Positions 52,035 through 62,467 are shown, numbered from the stretch's first letter. The stretch is 64,000 nucleotides of DNA from an uncultured Thermoleophilia bacterium (GCA_963762825.1 CAVXLZ010000001.1:724541-788540); one strand, 5' to 3'. Notes: generated by a model from the letters alone, not told the origin. Numbers and translations: made by a program.

Positions 52035-52475
52035 ATGCGGATCGTCCTGCAGCGGGTCACATGGGCTCGGGTCGAGGTGGCGGGCGAGGAGGTCGGAGCG
52101 ATCGGCGCCGGCCTGCTCGCACTGGTCGGCGTCGCAGAGGGCGACACACCCGACGCCTGCCGGCGACTGGCCGACAAGACCGCTCGCCTCCGGATCTTCG
52201 CAAGAGACGAGCGCCCCTTCGATCGCTCGCTGGCGGACGTCCCTGGCGCGGCGCTTCTCTGCGTCAGCCAGTTCACGTTGCTGGCCGATCTGCGCCGTGG
52301 CAACCGCCCGGGTTGGAGCGGCGCCGCCCGGCCCGAGGTCGCTGCACCCCTGGTCGAGGCCTACGCCGAGGCGATCGCCGCCCACGGCATCCCCGTGGCC
52401 CGCGGCCGCTTCGGCGCCACGATGGCGGTGAGCCTGGAGAACGACGGCCCGGTCACGATCGTCCTGGACGGTTAG
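52035..52475 (+). CDS. dtd: D-aminoacyl-tRNA deacylase
   Basis: [27 protein letters not shown]. Confidence 0.95.
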   Translation: MRIVLQRVTWARVEVAGEEVGAIGAGLLALVGVAEGDTPDACRRLADKTARLRIFARDERPFDRSLADVPGAALLCVSQFTLLADLRRGNRPGWSGAARPEVAAPLVEAYAEAIAAHGIPVARGRFGATMAVSLENDGPVTIVLDG

Positions 52476-52819
52476 ACCGGTCCCAGGCCGAAGGGGCTGC
52501 CCTCCGAGTCGCGGCAGATCGTCCAGCGCTCGCCGGCGTGGATGACGCTTCCACCGAGCTCGGTCACCCGGGCGACGGCGCTCGCAAGGTCGGCGACGGC
52601 GAAGTAGGGGAGGGAGACCCGATCGCCCGGCCCGGAGGCGCGCGGATGGATCCCCAGGGCGGCCGGCCCGGGGCCGCTCTGCCACCCCTCGCCCTGCTCG
52701 TCGCGGCGCGGAGTGAGTGGGATGTCGAGAACCCCTCGCCAGAAGCGGAGCGCTCGCTCGGGATCGTCTGCGGGGAACTCGACGAGCATCGGCGAGGGGG
52801 TCGGAGCGTCGTCGGGCAT
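52472..52819 (-). CDS. VOC/glyoxalase-family protein
   Basis: [15 protein letters not shown]...YFAVADL...[11 protein letters not shown]. Confidence 0.85.
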   Translation of the reverse strand: MPDDAPTPSPMLVEFPADDPERALRFWRGVLDIPLTPRRDEQGEGWQSGPGPAALGIHPRASGPGDRVSLPYFAVADLASAVARVTELGGSVIHAGERWTICRDSEGSPFGLGPV

Positions 52820-52919
52820 GGCCACAGGGTAGCCGCCGCGATGCCCGTCCGCCGGGACGGGCCGGGCCCCGGAGTGCTATCTTGGCCGTTGCGCAGGGAT
52901 GAAGAGGGGTGGCGACGGG

Positions 52920-52945
52920 AGGTGGGTCACGAGCCCACCTTTTTT
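52920..52945 (+). terminator. rimP leader terminator/attenuator hairpin
   Basis: AGGTGGG-tcacgag-CCCACCT followed by T-run; extended -10 TGcTATCTT at ~52874-52882. Confidence 0.75.
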
Positions 52946-52979
52946 GTGGGCGAGGAGCGATTCCCGGGAGGGGGTGACG

Positions 52980-53429
52980 ATGTCCGGACATGCAGAGCTG
53001 GAGAGGCGCGTGGAGGCGGCGATCGCCGCAGCCCTCCCCGAGGTCGACCTCCTCGAAGTGACCGTGCTGCCCGCCCAGGGCGGCATGCTGAGGGTCGTCG
53101 TCGATCATCCCGCCGGCGTCGATCACGCGCTCTGCGCCGACGTCACCCGTGCACTCGACGATGCCGGCCTGCTCCGAGATCACGGCGCGGAGGTCTGGTC
53201 GCCGGGTCCGGAGCCGCCGTTGCGGACGCCCGAGCACTTCCGCCGTGCGGTGGGGCGCAGGGTGCGCGTGCGCACCGAGCTCGCCACCGGAGCGCGCTCC
53301 TACACCGGAACCATCCTCATGGCGGGCGAGGACTCGATGAGCCTCTCGTTGGCCGACGAGGTGGTGGAGATCCCGTTCTCGTCGGTCCGCCGCGCACACG
53401 CATTCGAAGAAGTGGAGGCGCACGGGTGA
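52980..53429 (+). CDS. rimP: Ribosome maturation factor RimP
   Basis: LRVVVDHPAGVDHALC, EVWSPGPEPPL; upstream of nusA. Confidence 0.9.
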   Translation: MSGHAELERRVEAAIAAALPEVDLLEVTVLPAQGGMLRVVVDHPAGVDHALCADVTRALDDAGLLRDHGAEVWSPGPEPPLRTPEHFRRAVGRRVRVRTELATGARSYTGTILMAGEDSMSLSLADEVVEIPFSSVRRAHAFEEVEAHG

Positions 53430-53502
53430 GCGTCAACGCGACCGTCCTCGCGGCACGGGTCGATGCGACCAGTGCCGTTCAGCTCGTTGGGGGGAGCAGC
53501 AG

Positions 53503-54873
53503 ATGAACCGAGAGATCATCGAGGCCATCAAGCAGATCGAGCGCGAGAAGGGGATCGACTCCGAGACCCTCATCGTGGCGCTCGAGGACGCTCTGCTCGC
53601 CGCATACAAGAAGACGCCCGACCCGGCCGAGTTCGCCCGGGTGGACATCGATCGCGAGAGCGGCGAGATGCGCGTGTTCCAGGTGATCCTGCCCGAGGGC
53701 GAGGAGCTGCGGACGCTGCCCCGCGAGGAGCCGGTGATCCCCGAGGGGGTCGATCCCGAGGAGTACGAGCCGCCGCCTCCGGACATCGACTGGGCCGCCT
53801 ACGACGACAGCGAGATCGACCAGGTCAACGTGACGCCCGACAACTTCGGCCGGATCGCCGCGCAGACCGCCAAGCAGGTGATCCTCCAGCGCATCCGCGA
53901 GGCGGAGCGCGAGATGATGTACGAGGAGTACGTCGACCGCGTCGGCGAGGTTGTGACAGGGATCATCCAGCAGTCCGACTCGCGCTACACGTTGGTCGAC
54001 CTCGGCCGTGTCGAGGCGCTCCTGCCCGAGAGCGAGCAGGTCCACAACGAGCGCTACGACCACGGGGCGCGCATCAAGGCGGTCATCGTCGAGGTGCGCA
54101 GCTCCACCAAGGGCCCGCAGGTCATCGTCAGCCGGCGCTCCGATCAGCTCGTGCGCGAGCTGTTCAAGCTCGAGGTGCCCGAGATGGCCGACGGCCTGGT
54201 GGAGATCAAAGGCGTCGCCCGCGAGCCCGGGTGGCGGTCGAAGATCGCCGTCATCTCCCATGTGCAGGGCGTCGATCCCGTGGGCGCCTGCGTCGGCCCG
54301 CGCGGCTCGCGCGTCCGCATGGTCGTCAGCGAGCTCCGGGGCGAGAAGATCGACATCATCCCCTTCAACGAGGAGCCTGCGCGCTACGTGGCAAAGGCCC
54401 TCTCGCCCGCGAGGGTGCGGGAGGTGCTGGTGGATGACGACGGGCGCCAGGCCACCGTGATCGTGCCGGATGACCAGCTCTCGCTCTCGATCGGCCGCGA
54501 GGGCATGAACGCCCGGCTCGCCGCCCGGCTCACCGGGTGGCACATCGACATCAAGAGCGAGTCGACCTTCGCGCGCGAGGAGGAGAGCGACGAGTTCGGC
54601 GACGAGACCGAGTCCGGGGTGTCGCGGTGCGCCGCGATGCTCCGCACCGGCAAGCGCTGCCCGAACGCCAGCGTTCCGGGGACACGCTACTGTGCCCTGC
54701 CCGCGCACTCCCGCTTCGTCGAGGTCGAGGCATCGCTCGGCCGCTCGCTCACCACCGAGGAGGCCGAGGAGGCCAGCACCGCCAAGGGGTGGGAGCGTAT
54801 CTCGGGACTCGCCGCGGAACCCGTGGCCACGGTGAGCGCGGGCGACGGCGACGAGCAGGAGGCGGAGAAGTAG
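53503..54873 (+). CDS. nusA: Transcription factor NusA with C-terminal Cys/His extension
   Basis: [14 protein letters not shown]1 and KH domains, [26 protein letters not shown]. Confidence 0.97.
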   Translation: MNREIIEAIKQIEREKGIDSETLIVALEDALLAAYKKTPDPAEFARVDIDRESGEMRVFQVILPEGEELRTLPREEPVIPEGVDPEEYEPPPPDIDWAAYDDSEIDQVNVTPDNFGRIAAQTAKQVILQRIREAEREMMYEEYVDRVGEVVTGIIQQSDSRYTLVDLGRVEALLPESEQVHNERYDHGARIKAVIVEVRSSTKGPQVIVSRRSDQLVRELFKLEVPEMADGLVEIKGVAREPGWRSKIAVISHVQGVDPVGACVGPRGSRVRMVVSELRGEKIDIIPFNEEPARYVAKALSPARVREVLVDDDGRQATVIVPDDQLSLSIGREGMNARLAARLTGWHIDIKSESTFAREEESDEFGDETESGVSRCAAMLRTGKRCPNASVPGTRYCALPAHSRFVEVEASLGRSLTTEEAEEASTAKGWERISGLAAEPVATVSAGDGDEQEAEK

Positions 54874-54882
54874 GAGGTCCCG

Positions 54883-55182
54883 ACGCAACGCGAACGACAC
54901 GTCCCCGAGCGACGGTGCCTCGGATGCGGCGAGCGGCGGCCCAAGGCCGAGCTGGCGCGTTTCACCGCAGTGGCCCAGGACGGCGCGCATGTGCTGGTGC
55001 GGGACGACCGGGCACGGCACGGCGGGCGGGGGCTCTACGTTTGCCGGAGGAGCGAGTGCTTCGAGCGTGCGGATGCGCGTCGCGCGTTCGCCCGGGGGGC
55101 GAGATTGCGCACGGGGCTGTCGATCGATTCGAAGCTTGGCGAGGGGTTCGAGAGTGGGGTCAATGGGGGACGTGATGGATAA
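54883..55182 (+). CDS. ylxR: YlxR/DUF448 RNA-binding protein (no canonical start; ACG inferred)
   Basis: HVPERRCLGCGERRPKAELARF...GRGLYVC...ECF; position between nusA and infB. Confidence 0.8.
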   Translation, partial: TQRERHVPERRCLGCGERRPKAELARFTAVAQDGAHVLVRDDRARHGGRGLYVCRRSECFERADARRAFARGARLRTGLSIDSKLGEGFESGVNGGRDG

Positions 55183-58045
55183 GAAGAGGATCTACGAGAT
55201 CGCCAAGGAGGAGGGGCTTCCGAGCTCTCTCCTGCTCCAGCGCCTGCAGCGGGCGGGAGTCGATGTGAAGACGGCGTCCTCGACCGTGGACGTCGCCGAG
55301 GCGCTTCACGTGCTGAACCCCAACCGCTACCCCAAGCCGGAGCCGAAGCCCGAGCCGCCGAAGGCCAAGGAGCCAGCTAAGCCGAAGGGGCCCGCCAAGC
55401 CCGAGGAGCCGGCGAAGGCGAAGGAGCCCGCCAAGCCGAAGGGGCCCGCCAAGCCCGAGGAGCCGGCGAAGGCGAAGGAGCCCGCCAAGCCGAAGGCCGC
55501 ACCGAAGAAGGCGGCGGTCGAGCCGGCCTCCGAGGAGCGGGCGGCCCCGGCCGCGGATGCCTCTGCGACGATCGAGGCCGAGCCCGCGAAGGCCCCTGCT
55601 CCCAAGGCGCCGATCGCGGCCGCCGAGGGGGCCGCTGCCCCGAAGCCGGCACCGGCTGCCGCGCCCGCCGAGGAGGCCCCAGCGGCCGGCAAGCCGCCCA
55701 CCGCCACGCCTTCCGACACGAGCGCCGTGCCCGCTCCGGAGACGCCACCGGCCGAGAAGGCCGCCCCCGCCCCGGCGCCGGAGGCGGCGGAGCCCGCACC
55801 GCCCCCGGCCCCGCGCCCCCGGCCTACCGGGCCCACCGGTCCGAACGCCTTCGGCCAGGCGCCCGGCACCCGTCAGCGCCCCAGCGGTCCCACCGGCCCC
55901 AATGCCCGTGGCCCGGCCCAGGGCGACCGCCCCCGGCCCACCGGTCCCACCGGCCCCAATGCCCGTGGCCCGGCTCCGGGCGAGCGACCGCGCCCCACCG
56001 GTCCGACGGGTCCGAATGCCCGACCCCCCGCAGGCGGAACCCCGGGCGCCGGACCCAACGCCGGCGGTCCGCGGGGCAAGCGGCGCCGCGTCGTCATCGA
56101 CCCGCAGGCGGGGCGCAGGGGCCCGACGCCCCAGGGGCGCGATCGGCGCTCCGGCCGTCCCGGCCCGCGCGCCGAGGAGAAGCCGGTCGTCGTCATCGAA
56201 CCGGCCGACATGCCGATGGTCGAGGTGCCCTCGGGGTCGACGGTGAAGGACTTCGCCGAGATCCTCGGCGTCTCCACCGCCCAGATCATCAAGCTCCTGA
56301 TGGGTCTCGGCGAGCTCGCCACGATCACGCAGTCGCTGTCGGACGACGCCATCGAGCTGATCGCCGGCGAGATGGAGCGCAAGGTCACCGTCGTGCACGC
56401 CGAGGAGGAGGCCGAGCGGCCCGAGGAGTACGACGACGCCGAGGAGGATCTCATCGCCCGCGCGCCGGTGGTCGCGGTGATGGGCCACGTCAACCACGGA
56501 AAGACCTCCCTGCTCGATGCGATCCGCTCGACCGAGGTCGCCGCCGGAGAGGCCGGCGGCATCACCCAGCACATCGGCGCCTACCAGGTCCACCACTCGG
56601 GTCGCGAGATCACGTTCCTCGACACGCCGGGCCACGAGGCCTTCACCGCGATGCGCGCCCGCGGCGCGAAGATCACCGACGTCGCGGTGATCGTGGTGGC
56701 GGCGGACGACGGCGTGATGCCGCAGACGATCGAGGCGATCGACCACGCGCGCGCGGCCGAGGTGCCGTTCATGGTGGCGATCAACAAGATCGACAAGCCC
56801 GGGGCCAACCTCGACCGGGTGAAGCAGGAGCTCTCCCAGCGCGAGGTGATCCCCTCGGACTGGGGCGGCACCCACGAGTTCGTGCCCGTCTCCGCGCTGG
56901 AGGGCACCGGCATCGACTCCCTCCTGGAGACCGTGCTGCTGGTCGCCGACGCCGACGCCGAACCGAAGGCCAACCCCAGTCCCGAGGCTTCGGGAACGGT
57001 CATCGAGTCGCGCCTCGACCCCGGCCGCGGCCCTGTGGCATCGCTCCTGGTGCAGCGCGGGACCCTTCGCATCGGCGACGTGGTCGTTGCCGGCGACGTC
57101 TACGGGCGCGTGCGGGCGATGGGCGACTACCTCGGGGCGAGCCTCCCCAGCGCCGGCCCCTCGGTGCCGGTCGAGGTGCTCGGGCTCGGCGGGGTCGTCG
57201 ACGCCGGTGAGCGGTTCAGGGTCGTCGAGAACGAGCGCGAGGCACGCCAGCGCGCCTCGGAGCGCAACCAGCGCCTGCGTGCCGAGGAGCTCGCCAACCG
57301 CCGCCCGGTGTCCCTCGACGACCTCTTCGCGCGCATCAAGGAGGGGGGCCTGAAGGAGCTCAACATCATCATCAAGGGCGACGTTCAGGGCTCTGTCGGC
57401 GCGCTGGCCGACGCCCTCAACAAGGTCGAGCAGACCGAGGTGCGGCTGCGGGTGATCCACACCGGCGTCGGCGCCATCAACGAGTCGGACGTGATGCTCG
57501 CGTCGGCCTCGGAGGCGATCATCATCGGCTTCAACGTGCGCCCGCGTCCCGAGGCGAGCGTCCTCGCCGATCGCGAGAAGGTCGATATCCGCACCTACCG
57601 GGTCATCTACCGCGCCATCGAGGACGTGAGGGACGCCCTCGTGGGCATGCTCGAACCCGACATCGTCGAGGACGTGGTCGGCCACCTCGAGGTGCGCGCC
57701 ACCTTCCGCGCCAGCCGTATCGGGACGATCGCCGGCTGCTACGTGACCGACGGCGTGATCCGCCGCACCGCGCAGGTGCGGCTCCTGCGGGACGGGGTCG
57801 TTGTCCACGAGGGCAAGATCGGCTCGCTGAAGCGCTTCAACGAGGACACCCGCGAGGTCGCCTCGGGCTTCGAGTGCGGGGTCCTGATCGACAGCTTCAA
57901 CGACGTGAAGGAGGGCGACCAGCTCGAGGTCTACGAGCTGCGCGAGGTGGCCCGCACCGCCCAGGCGGCGGCCCCCCCGCCCCCGCCGCCCCCGTCGCCG
58001 GAGGCCGAGGAGCCCGCCTCCGAGGCCGAGACCGAGACCGAGTAG
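55175..58045 (+). CDS. infB: Translation initiation factor IF-2
   Basis: [11 protein letters not shown](N)[33 protein letters not shown]. Confidence 0.97.
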   Translation: MDKKRIYEIAKEEGLPSSLLLQRLQRAGVDVKTASSTVDVAEALHVLNPNRYPKPEPKPEPPKAKEPAKPKGPAKPEEPAKAKEPAKPKGPAKPEEPAKAKEPAKPKAAPKKAAVEPASEERAAPAADASATIEAEPAKAPAPKAPIAAAEGAAAPKPAPAAAPAEEAPAAGKPPTATPSDTSAVPAPETPPAEKAAPAPAPEAAEPAPPPAPRPRPTGPTGPNAFGQAPGTRQRPSGPTGPNARGPAQGDRPRPTGPTGPNARGPAPGERPRPTGPTGPNARPPAGGTPGAGPNAGGPRGKRRRVVIDPQAGRRGPTPQGRDRRSGRPGPRAEEKPVVVIEPADMPMVEVPSGSTVKDFAEILGVSTAQIIKLLMGLGELATITQSLSDDAIELIAGEMERKVTVVHAEEEAERPEEYDDAEEDLIARAPVVAVMGHVNHGKTSLLDAIRSTEVAAGEAGGITQHIGAYQVHHSGREITFLDTPGHEAFTAMRARGAKITDVAVIVVAADDGVMPQTIEAIDHARAAEVPFMVAINKIDKPGANLDRVKQELSQREVIPSDWGGTHEFVPVSALEGTGIDSLLETVLLVADADAEPKANPSPEASGTVIESRLDPGRGPVASLLVQRGTLRIGDVVVAGDVYGRVRAMGDYLGASLPSAGPSVPVEVLGLGGVVDAGERFRVVENEREARQRASERNQRLRAEELANRRPVSLDDLFARIKEGGLKELNIIIKGDVQGSVGALADALNKVEQTEVRLRVIHTGVGAINESDVMLASASEAIIIGFNVRPRPEASVLADREKVDIRTYRVIYRAIEDVRDALVGMLEPDIVEDVVGHLEVRATFRASRIGTIAGCYVTDGVIRRTAQVRLLRDGVVVHEGKIGSLKRFNEDTREVASGFECGVLIDSFNDVKEGDQLEVYELREVARTAQAAAPPPPPPPSPEAEEPASEAETETE
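55358..55497 (+). repeat. 54-bp tandem repeat in the infB linker (~2.5 copies, [18 protein letters not shown])
   Basis: Near-identical repeats at DNA and protein level. Confidence 0.85.
55814..56022 (+). repeat. Four RP(T/S)GPTGPNA repeats in the infB linker
   Basis: Visible in translation and DNA (ccggtcccaccggccccaatgcccgtggcccgg). Confidence 0.8.
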
Positions 58046-58058
58046 GCCGGCCGCCGCC

Positions 58059-58382
58059 ATGGAGTGCGGGCACGTGGGCATCCTGACGGTGGATCTCCAC
58101 CTGCCGACCGGCTCGTCGCTGAAAGCCAAGCGCAAGGAGCTGCAGCGGGTGAAGAGCGCCCTGTCGCGGCGCTTCGCCTGCGCGGTCGCCGAGGTGGACC
58201 ACCACGATCTGTGGCAGCGGTCACGCCTCACGGTGGCGCTCGTCAGCCGGACGCCGGGCGAGTGCGACGAGCGCCTGGCGGCGGTCTCACGGTTCCTCCA
58301 CTGCGATGAGGCCTTCCAGGTGGTCGGCGAGGCCCATGACGTGCTCCCGGTCGAGGGCGACGCCGTCGCGGCGCGATCCTGA
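58059..58382 (+). CDS. DUF503 (YlxP) protein
   Basis: SSLKAKR, VAEVDHHDLWQRS. Confidence 0.9.
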   Translation: MECGHVGILTVDLHLPTGSSLKAKRKELQRVKSALSRRFACAVAEVDHHDLWQRSRLTVALVSRTPGECDERLAAVSRFLHCDEAFQVVGEAHDVLPVEGDAVAARS

Positions 58383-58774
58383 TGGCCCGCCGCCCCCGTA
58401 GCACCCGGATGCGCCGTGTGGACACCGCCCTGAGGCAGGTTCTCGCCGAGACCATCGGGCGCGAACTGTCCGATCCGCGACTGGGCTTCGTGACGGTGAC
58501 CCACGTCGAGGCCACCCGCGACGTACGCGAGGCCAAGGTCTACTTCACGACCCTGCGCACCCGTGAGCGCCGGGCCAGCCAGGAAGCGCTCGAGTCGGCC
58601 CGCGGCCTCCTCCAGTCGCGCCTCGCCACGAAGCTGCGCTCCCGGAGCACCCCGCAACTGACCTTCATCTACGACAGCACCCAGCGGGATGCCGTCGAGC
58701 TGACCCGCTTCATCGACGAGGTGACGGCCGACACGGCGGCGGAGCCGCCGGATGCGTCGGGAGGAGGGAAATGA
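58382..58774 (+). CDS. rbfA: Ribosome-binding factor A
   Basis: DPRLGFVTVT, AKVYF, TPQLTFIYD. Confidence 0.95.
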   Translation: MARRPRSTRMRRVDTALRQVLAETIGRELSDPRLGFVTVTHVEATRDVREAKVYFTTLRTRERRASQEALESARGLLQSRLATKLRSRSTPQLTFIYDSTQRDAVELTRFIDEVTADTAAEPPDASGGGK

Positions 58775-59781
58775 GCCGGCGCGATCCGCGCGACGCGTCG
58801 GCGGCGGAGATCGCCGAGATCCTCACCCGCCGAGGCGGGAGGTTCGTGGTCACGTCCCACCACAACCCCGACGGCGACGCCATCGGGTCGGCGCTCGGAT
58901 TGGCCCGTGCGCTTCGCGCCGCCGGCCAGGACGTCGTACTCGCGCATGCCGATTCGCCGGCCGTTCCGGGCGACCTGCGCTTCCTCGTCGCAGACGGGGA
59001 GGAGTTCGTCCAGGCCCTCCCGGAGGATCTCGGCGAGCGGGTGCTGATCGCGGTCGACTGCGCCAGCGAGCTGCGGATGTGGAGCACGCCGGTGCACGAG
59101 GGCGCGCACATGATCATCAACATCGACCACCATCAGGACAACACGCGCTTCGGCGACCTCAACCTGATCGAGCCGACCGCGTCGAGCACCGCCGAGGTGA
59201 TCGTCGGCGTGCTCGAGCAGGCGGGCTGGCCGCTCACCCCCGAGACCGCGGACCCGCTGTATGTGGGGATGATCACCGACACCGGCCGTTTCGGCTATTC
59301 GAACACCCATCCACGCACCCACCGCGTGGCGGCGGCGATGATCGAGGCGGGGGTCGATCCCGCCGCGATGTCGCGCCGCCTCTTCGAGGAGCAGCCGCTC
59401 GACAGGCTCCTGCTGATGGGCAGGGCGCTCGAGGGCGCGCGGCCGCTCGCCGGAGGGCGGATGCTCGCGGCCGTGCTCACGAGAGCCGACTTCGAGGCCG
59501 CGGGCGGCGCAGATACCGAGGGGATCGTGGAGGTCATGCGCGGGGTACGCGGCATGCGCGCGGCCGCACTCGTGAGCGAGGCCGGCCCCGCGGGGATGTA
59601 CCGCGTGTCGCTGCGAACCGCCGACCCGGAGGTGGACGTCTCGGCCATCGCCCGCGAGGAGGGTGGTGGCGGACATCGTGCGGCGGCGGGATTCAGCACC
59701 GCTCGCCCCCCGGAGGATCTCCTGGTGTGGCTCGACGCGCAGATGAGCGCGCGCCTCGATGCAAACGGAGCCGATGGCTGA
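58771..59781 (+). CDS. nrnA: DHH-family oligoribonuclease/pAp phosphatase
   Basis: NPDGDAIGS, IDHH, TDTGRF, GGGGHRAAAG. Confidence 0.9.
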   Translation: MSRRDPRDASAAEIAEILTRRGGRFVVTSHHNPDGDAIGSALGLARALRAAGQDVVLAHADSPAVPGDLRFLVADGEEFVQALPEDLGERVLIAVDCASELRMWSTPVHEGAHMIINIDHHQDNTRFGDLNLIEPTASSTAEVIVGVLEQAGWPLTPETADPLYVGMITDTGRFGYSNTHPRTHRVAAAMIEAGVDPAAMSRRLFEEQPLDRLLLMGRALEGARPLAGGRMLAAVLTRADFEAAGGADTEGIVEVMRGVRGMRAAALVSEAGPAGMYRVSLRTADPEVDVSAIAREEGGGGHRAAAGFSTARPPEDLLVWLDAQMSARLDANGADG

Positions 59782-60652
59782 CGCGGCGCTCGCGCCGGCG
59801 CCGGCACTCTGGCTGGTGGACAAGGAGGCGGGACCGACCTCGCACGACATAGTGGCGCGCGCGCGGCGAAGCGTCGGCCGCGGCGTGAAGGTGGGGCACT
59901 GTGGCACTCTCGATCCCTTCGCCACCGGGCTTCTCGTGGTGATGATCGGACGCGCTACGCGCCTCGCGCCCTATCTTTCCGGTCTGGACAAGTCCTATCT
60001 GGCAACCGTCCGCACCGGATTCACCTCAGTCACCCTCGATCCCGAAGGGCCGATCGAGAGGTCGGGAGATCCCGCGACCGTGGAGCGGATCGACGCGGTG
60101 CTGCCCTCGTTCGTGGGTGCCCAGAGCCAGGTCGTGCCCGCGCTGTCGGCCGTGCGCGTCGACGGCGAGCGGCTCTACGCGAAGGCTCGGCGGGGCGAGG
60201 AGGTCGAGTTGCCGGCGCGCGAGGTCGCGATCCACTCCCTCCGCCTGGTCGAGGATCTCGGCGAGGGCATCGTCACGATCGCCGTCGAGTGCGGCTCGGG
60301 GACCTACATCCGTCGCCTCGTGAGCGACATCGGCGAGCGCCTCGGTTGCGGGGCCTACTGCGCCGCGCTGCGCAGGCTGTCGATCGGGGCGCTCTCGGTT
60401 GCGGACGCCATCCCGGTGGAGGACATGACGCCGGAGGGGGGCGTCGATCCGTTGCGGGGCCTCGGCCATCTGCCGACGCGCCGGCTCACCGAGGAGGAGA
60501 CCTCGCGTGTGGTCCATGGCGGGCGCGTCCCCGCGCTCGCCACCACCACCGGGCCGGTGGTGCTGGTGTCCGGGGGGAGGCTCGTGGCGATTGCGAACGA
60601 AGACGGCCGAGGCGCCCTGCAGCCGGCGGTCGTGCTGGATGACCCGCGATGA
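59774..60652 (+). CDS. truB: tRNA pseudouridine(55) synthase
   Basis: DK...TSHD, GHCGTLDPFATG, GTYIR. Confidence 0.95.
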   Translation: MADAALAPAPALWLVDKEAGPTSHDIVARARRSVGRGVKVGHCGTLDPFATGLLVVMIGRATRLAPYLSGLDKSYLATVRTGFTSVTLDPEGPIERSGDPATVERIDAVLPSFVGAQSQVVPALSAVRVDGERLYAKARRGEEVELPAREVAIHSLRLVEDLGEGIVTIAVECGSGTYIRRLVSDIGERLGCGAYCAALRRLSIGALSVADAIPVEDMTPEGGVDPLRGLGHLPTRRLTEEETSRVVHGGRVPALATTTGPVVLVSGGRLVAIANEDGRGALQPAVVLDDPR

Positions 60653-61596
60653 GGCGATATCACTCCCTCGGGGACCTACCGCTCGGAGGGCCTCGGCGGG
60701 TGCTCGCGATCGGGACCTTCGATGGCGTGCACGTCGGCCACCAGGAGGTCATCCGCCGAGCCATCGCCCTGGCCGCCGAGCGCGGGCTGGGCTCTATGGC
60801 GCTCACGTTCGAGCCCCAGCCGATCGCCGTGCTGCGCCCCGAGTTGAAGCCGGCGGTCCTCACCCACCTCGGCCTGAAGACCCAGCTCATCGAGAGCCTG
60901 GGCATCGCCGAGTTGTTGGTGCTGCCCTTCACCCGGGCCTTCTCGCGGATCCGCGCAGAGCGGTTCGCCGAGATGCTGGTGTCGCCGCCGGTGGGCGCGA
61001 ACGCCGTGATCGTGGGGGAGAACTTCCGCTTTGGAAGCGGAGGAACGGGAACCGTCGAGATGCTCACCCAGTTCGGGCGCTCCCGTGCACTCGATGTGGA
61101 ATCCCCGGCGTTGGTGGCGAGCGCCGACGGCAAGCCGATCTCCTCCACGCGCATCCGGCGCCTGATCGCGACGGACCAGGTGGCCGCCGTCATCCCCCTC
61201 CTCGGCCGGATGCACTCGGTGGAGGGAGTCGTGGTGAGCGGCGACGGGCGCGGACGTGGTCTGGGCATCCCGACGGCCAATCTGGCGGTGCCGGCGGACA
61301 CGGCCCTGCCGAGCCGCGGCGTCTATGCCGGACGGGCCGTGCTCGCGGGCGGCCGCAGCACGGCGGCGATCAACATCGGCGTCGCGCCCACCTTCGCCAC
61401 GACCGCCGAGCCGCGCGCCACGGTCCGCCTGGAGGCGTTCCTGCTCGACCACGATGGCAGCGATCTCTACGGACAGACCATACGCATCGACTTCATCGAC
61501 CGGCTGCGCGACGAGCGCCGGTTCGACTCGACGGAGGCGCTGATGGCCCAGATCTCGGAGGACATCGCGCGCGTCAGGGAGTTGGCGGCGGGTTAG
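60649..61596 (+). CDS. ribF: Bifunctional riboflavin kinase / FAD synthetase
   Basis: GTFDGVHVGH, ISSTRIR, GRGLGIPTAN, LRDERRF. Confidence 0.95.
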   Translation: MRRYHSLGDLPLGGPRRVLAIGTFDGVHVGHQEVIRRAIALAAERGLGSMALTFEPQPIAVLRPELKPAVLTHLGLKTQLIESLGIAELLVLPFTRAFSRIRAERFAEMLVSPPVGANAVIVGENFRFGSGGTGTVEMLTQFGRSRALDVESPALVASADGKPISSTRIRRLIATDQVAAVIPLLGRMHSVEGVVVSGDGRGRGLGIPTANLAVPADTALPSRGVYAGRAVLAGGRSTAAINIGVAPTFATTAEPRATVRLEAFLLDHDGSDLYGQTIRIDFIDRLRDERRFDSTEALMAQISEDIARVRELAAG

Positions 61597-61649
61597 AGGA
61601 CTCGCCCTCCCCGTTGTTCACCGCCCACGCCGCGGTATAGCGTTGAGGG

Positions 61650-62042
61650 ATGGAGGCTTCCATCGTCAGCGGGGTCGACTTCGTGTCGGTTCCGACGCGT
61701 GATCTCGAGCGGGCCGTGGCGTTCTACGGCACGACGCTCGGCCTGCACCGCTCGGTCCACATGCCAGAGCGCAACTTCGCCGAGTTCGAGACCGGCAACC
61801 TGACCCTCAGCATTCTGAACCCCGAGAGGATGGGGATCGGCCCCTTCGTCGCCAACTCGAATCACATCGCTCTGCGCGTGGACGACGTGGCGGCCGCGCG
61901 GGCGACGCTCGAGGAGCGCGGGGTCACCTTCGGCGGGGACATCTTCGACTCGGGCGTGTGTCACATGGCGTTCTTCGCCGACCCCGACGGTAACGCGCTT
62001 CTGCTCCACCATCGCTACGCCCCTCGTGTCGTGGAGGCCTGA
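61650..62042 (+). CDS. VOC/glyoxalase-family protein
   Basis: DLERAVAFYGTTLGL, AFFADPDGNALLLH. Confidence 0.9.
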   Translation: MEASIVSGVDFVSVPTRDLERAVAFYGTTLGLHRSVHMPERNFAEFETGNLTLSILNPERMGIGPFVANSNHIALRVDDVAAARATLEERGVTFGGDIFDSGVCHMAFFADPDGNALLLHHRYAPRVVEA

Positions 62043-62091
62043 CCGCCCGCCGCCGCCGGGCGTCTCCCCGGGCGGCCGTCCAGGGGGCGTC

Positions 62092-62200
62092 TGCTAACCT
62101 CGCCCGGCGCCGTGGCCATGCGTATCTCGCGGCTGGGCGCGTGACCACAGACGACCCGGGGCGGCCACGGCTGCGCCGTGGCTGAGCCAGGAGACACGCA
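62092..62200 (+). promoter_or_regulatory. rpsO promoter and structured 5' leader (probable S15 autoregulatory RNA)
   Basis: TGcTAACCT extended -10; gccgtggcc...ggccacggc pairing; SD AGGAG. Confidence 0.5.
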
Positions 62201-62467
62201 ATGCTGTCCAAGGACGCCAAGAGCAGCGTCATCGGCGCCCACCGACGCCACGAGTCGGATACGGGATCGCCGCAGGTGCAGGTGGCCATCCTCACCGAGA
62301 GGATCAACGGCCTCACCGAGCATCTCAAGATGCACAAGAAGGACCACCACTCGCGGCGTGGCCTGCTCCAGATGGTGGGACGTCGGCGGCGGCTGCTCAA
62401 CTACATGCAGCGCACCGACCTGGACGGATACCGCGAGCTGACGAAGACGCTCGGACTGCGCAGATAG
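62201..62467 (+). CDS. rpsO: 30S ribosomal protein S15
   Basis: [21 protein letters not shown]. Confidence 0.98.
   Translation: MLSKDAKSSVIGAHRRHESDTGSPQVQVAILTERINGLTEHLKMHKKDHHSRRGLLQMVGRRRRLLNYMQRTDLDGYRELTKTLGLRR

Noticed and set aside
55358-56022. Repeats as a possible CRISPR array
   Set aside because: In-frame coding repeats within infB, no unique spacers, no cas genes
54989-58657. Very long antisense/alternate-frame ORFs (e.g. 55160-58657 minus, 41005-44271 minus, 20503-22785 minus)
   Set aside because: Shadow ORFs of high-GC genes; Arg/Gly/Pro-rich with no motifs, overlapping well-supported genes
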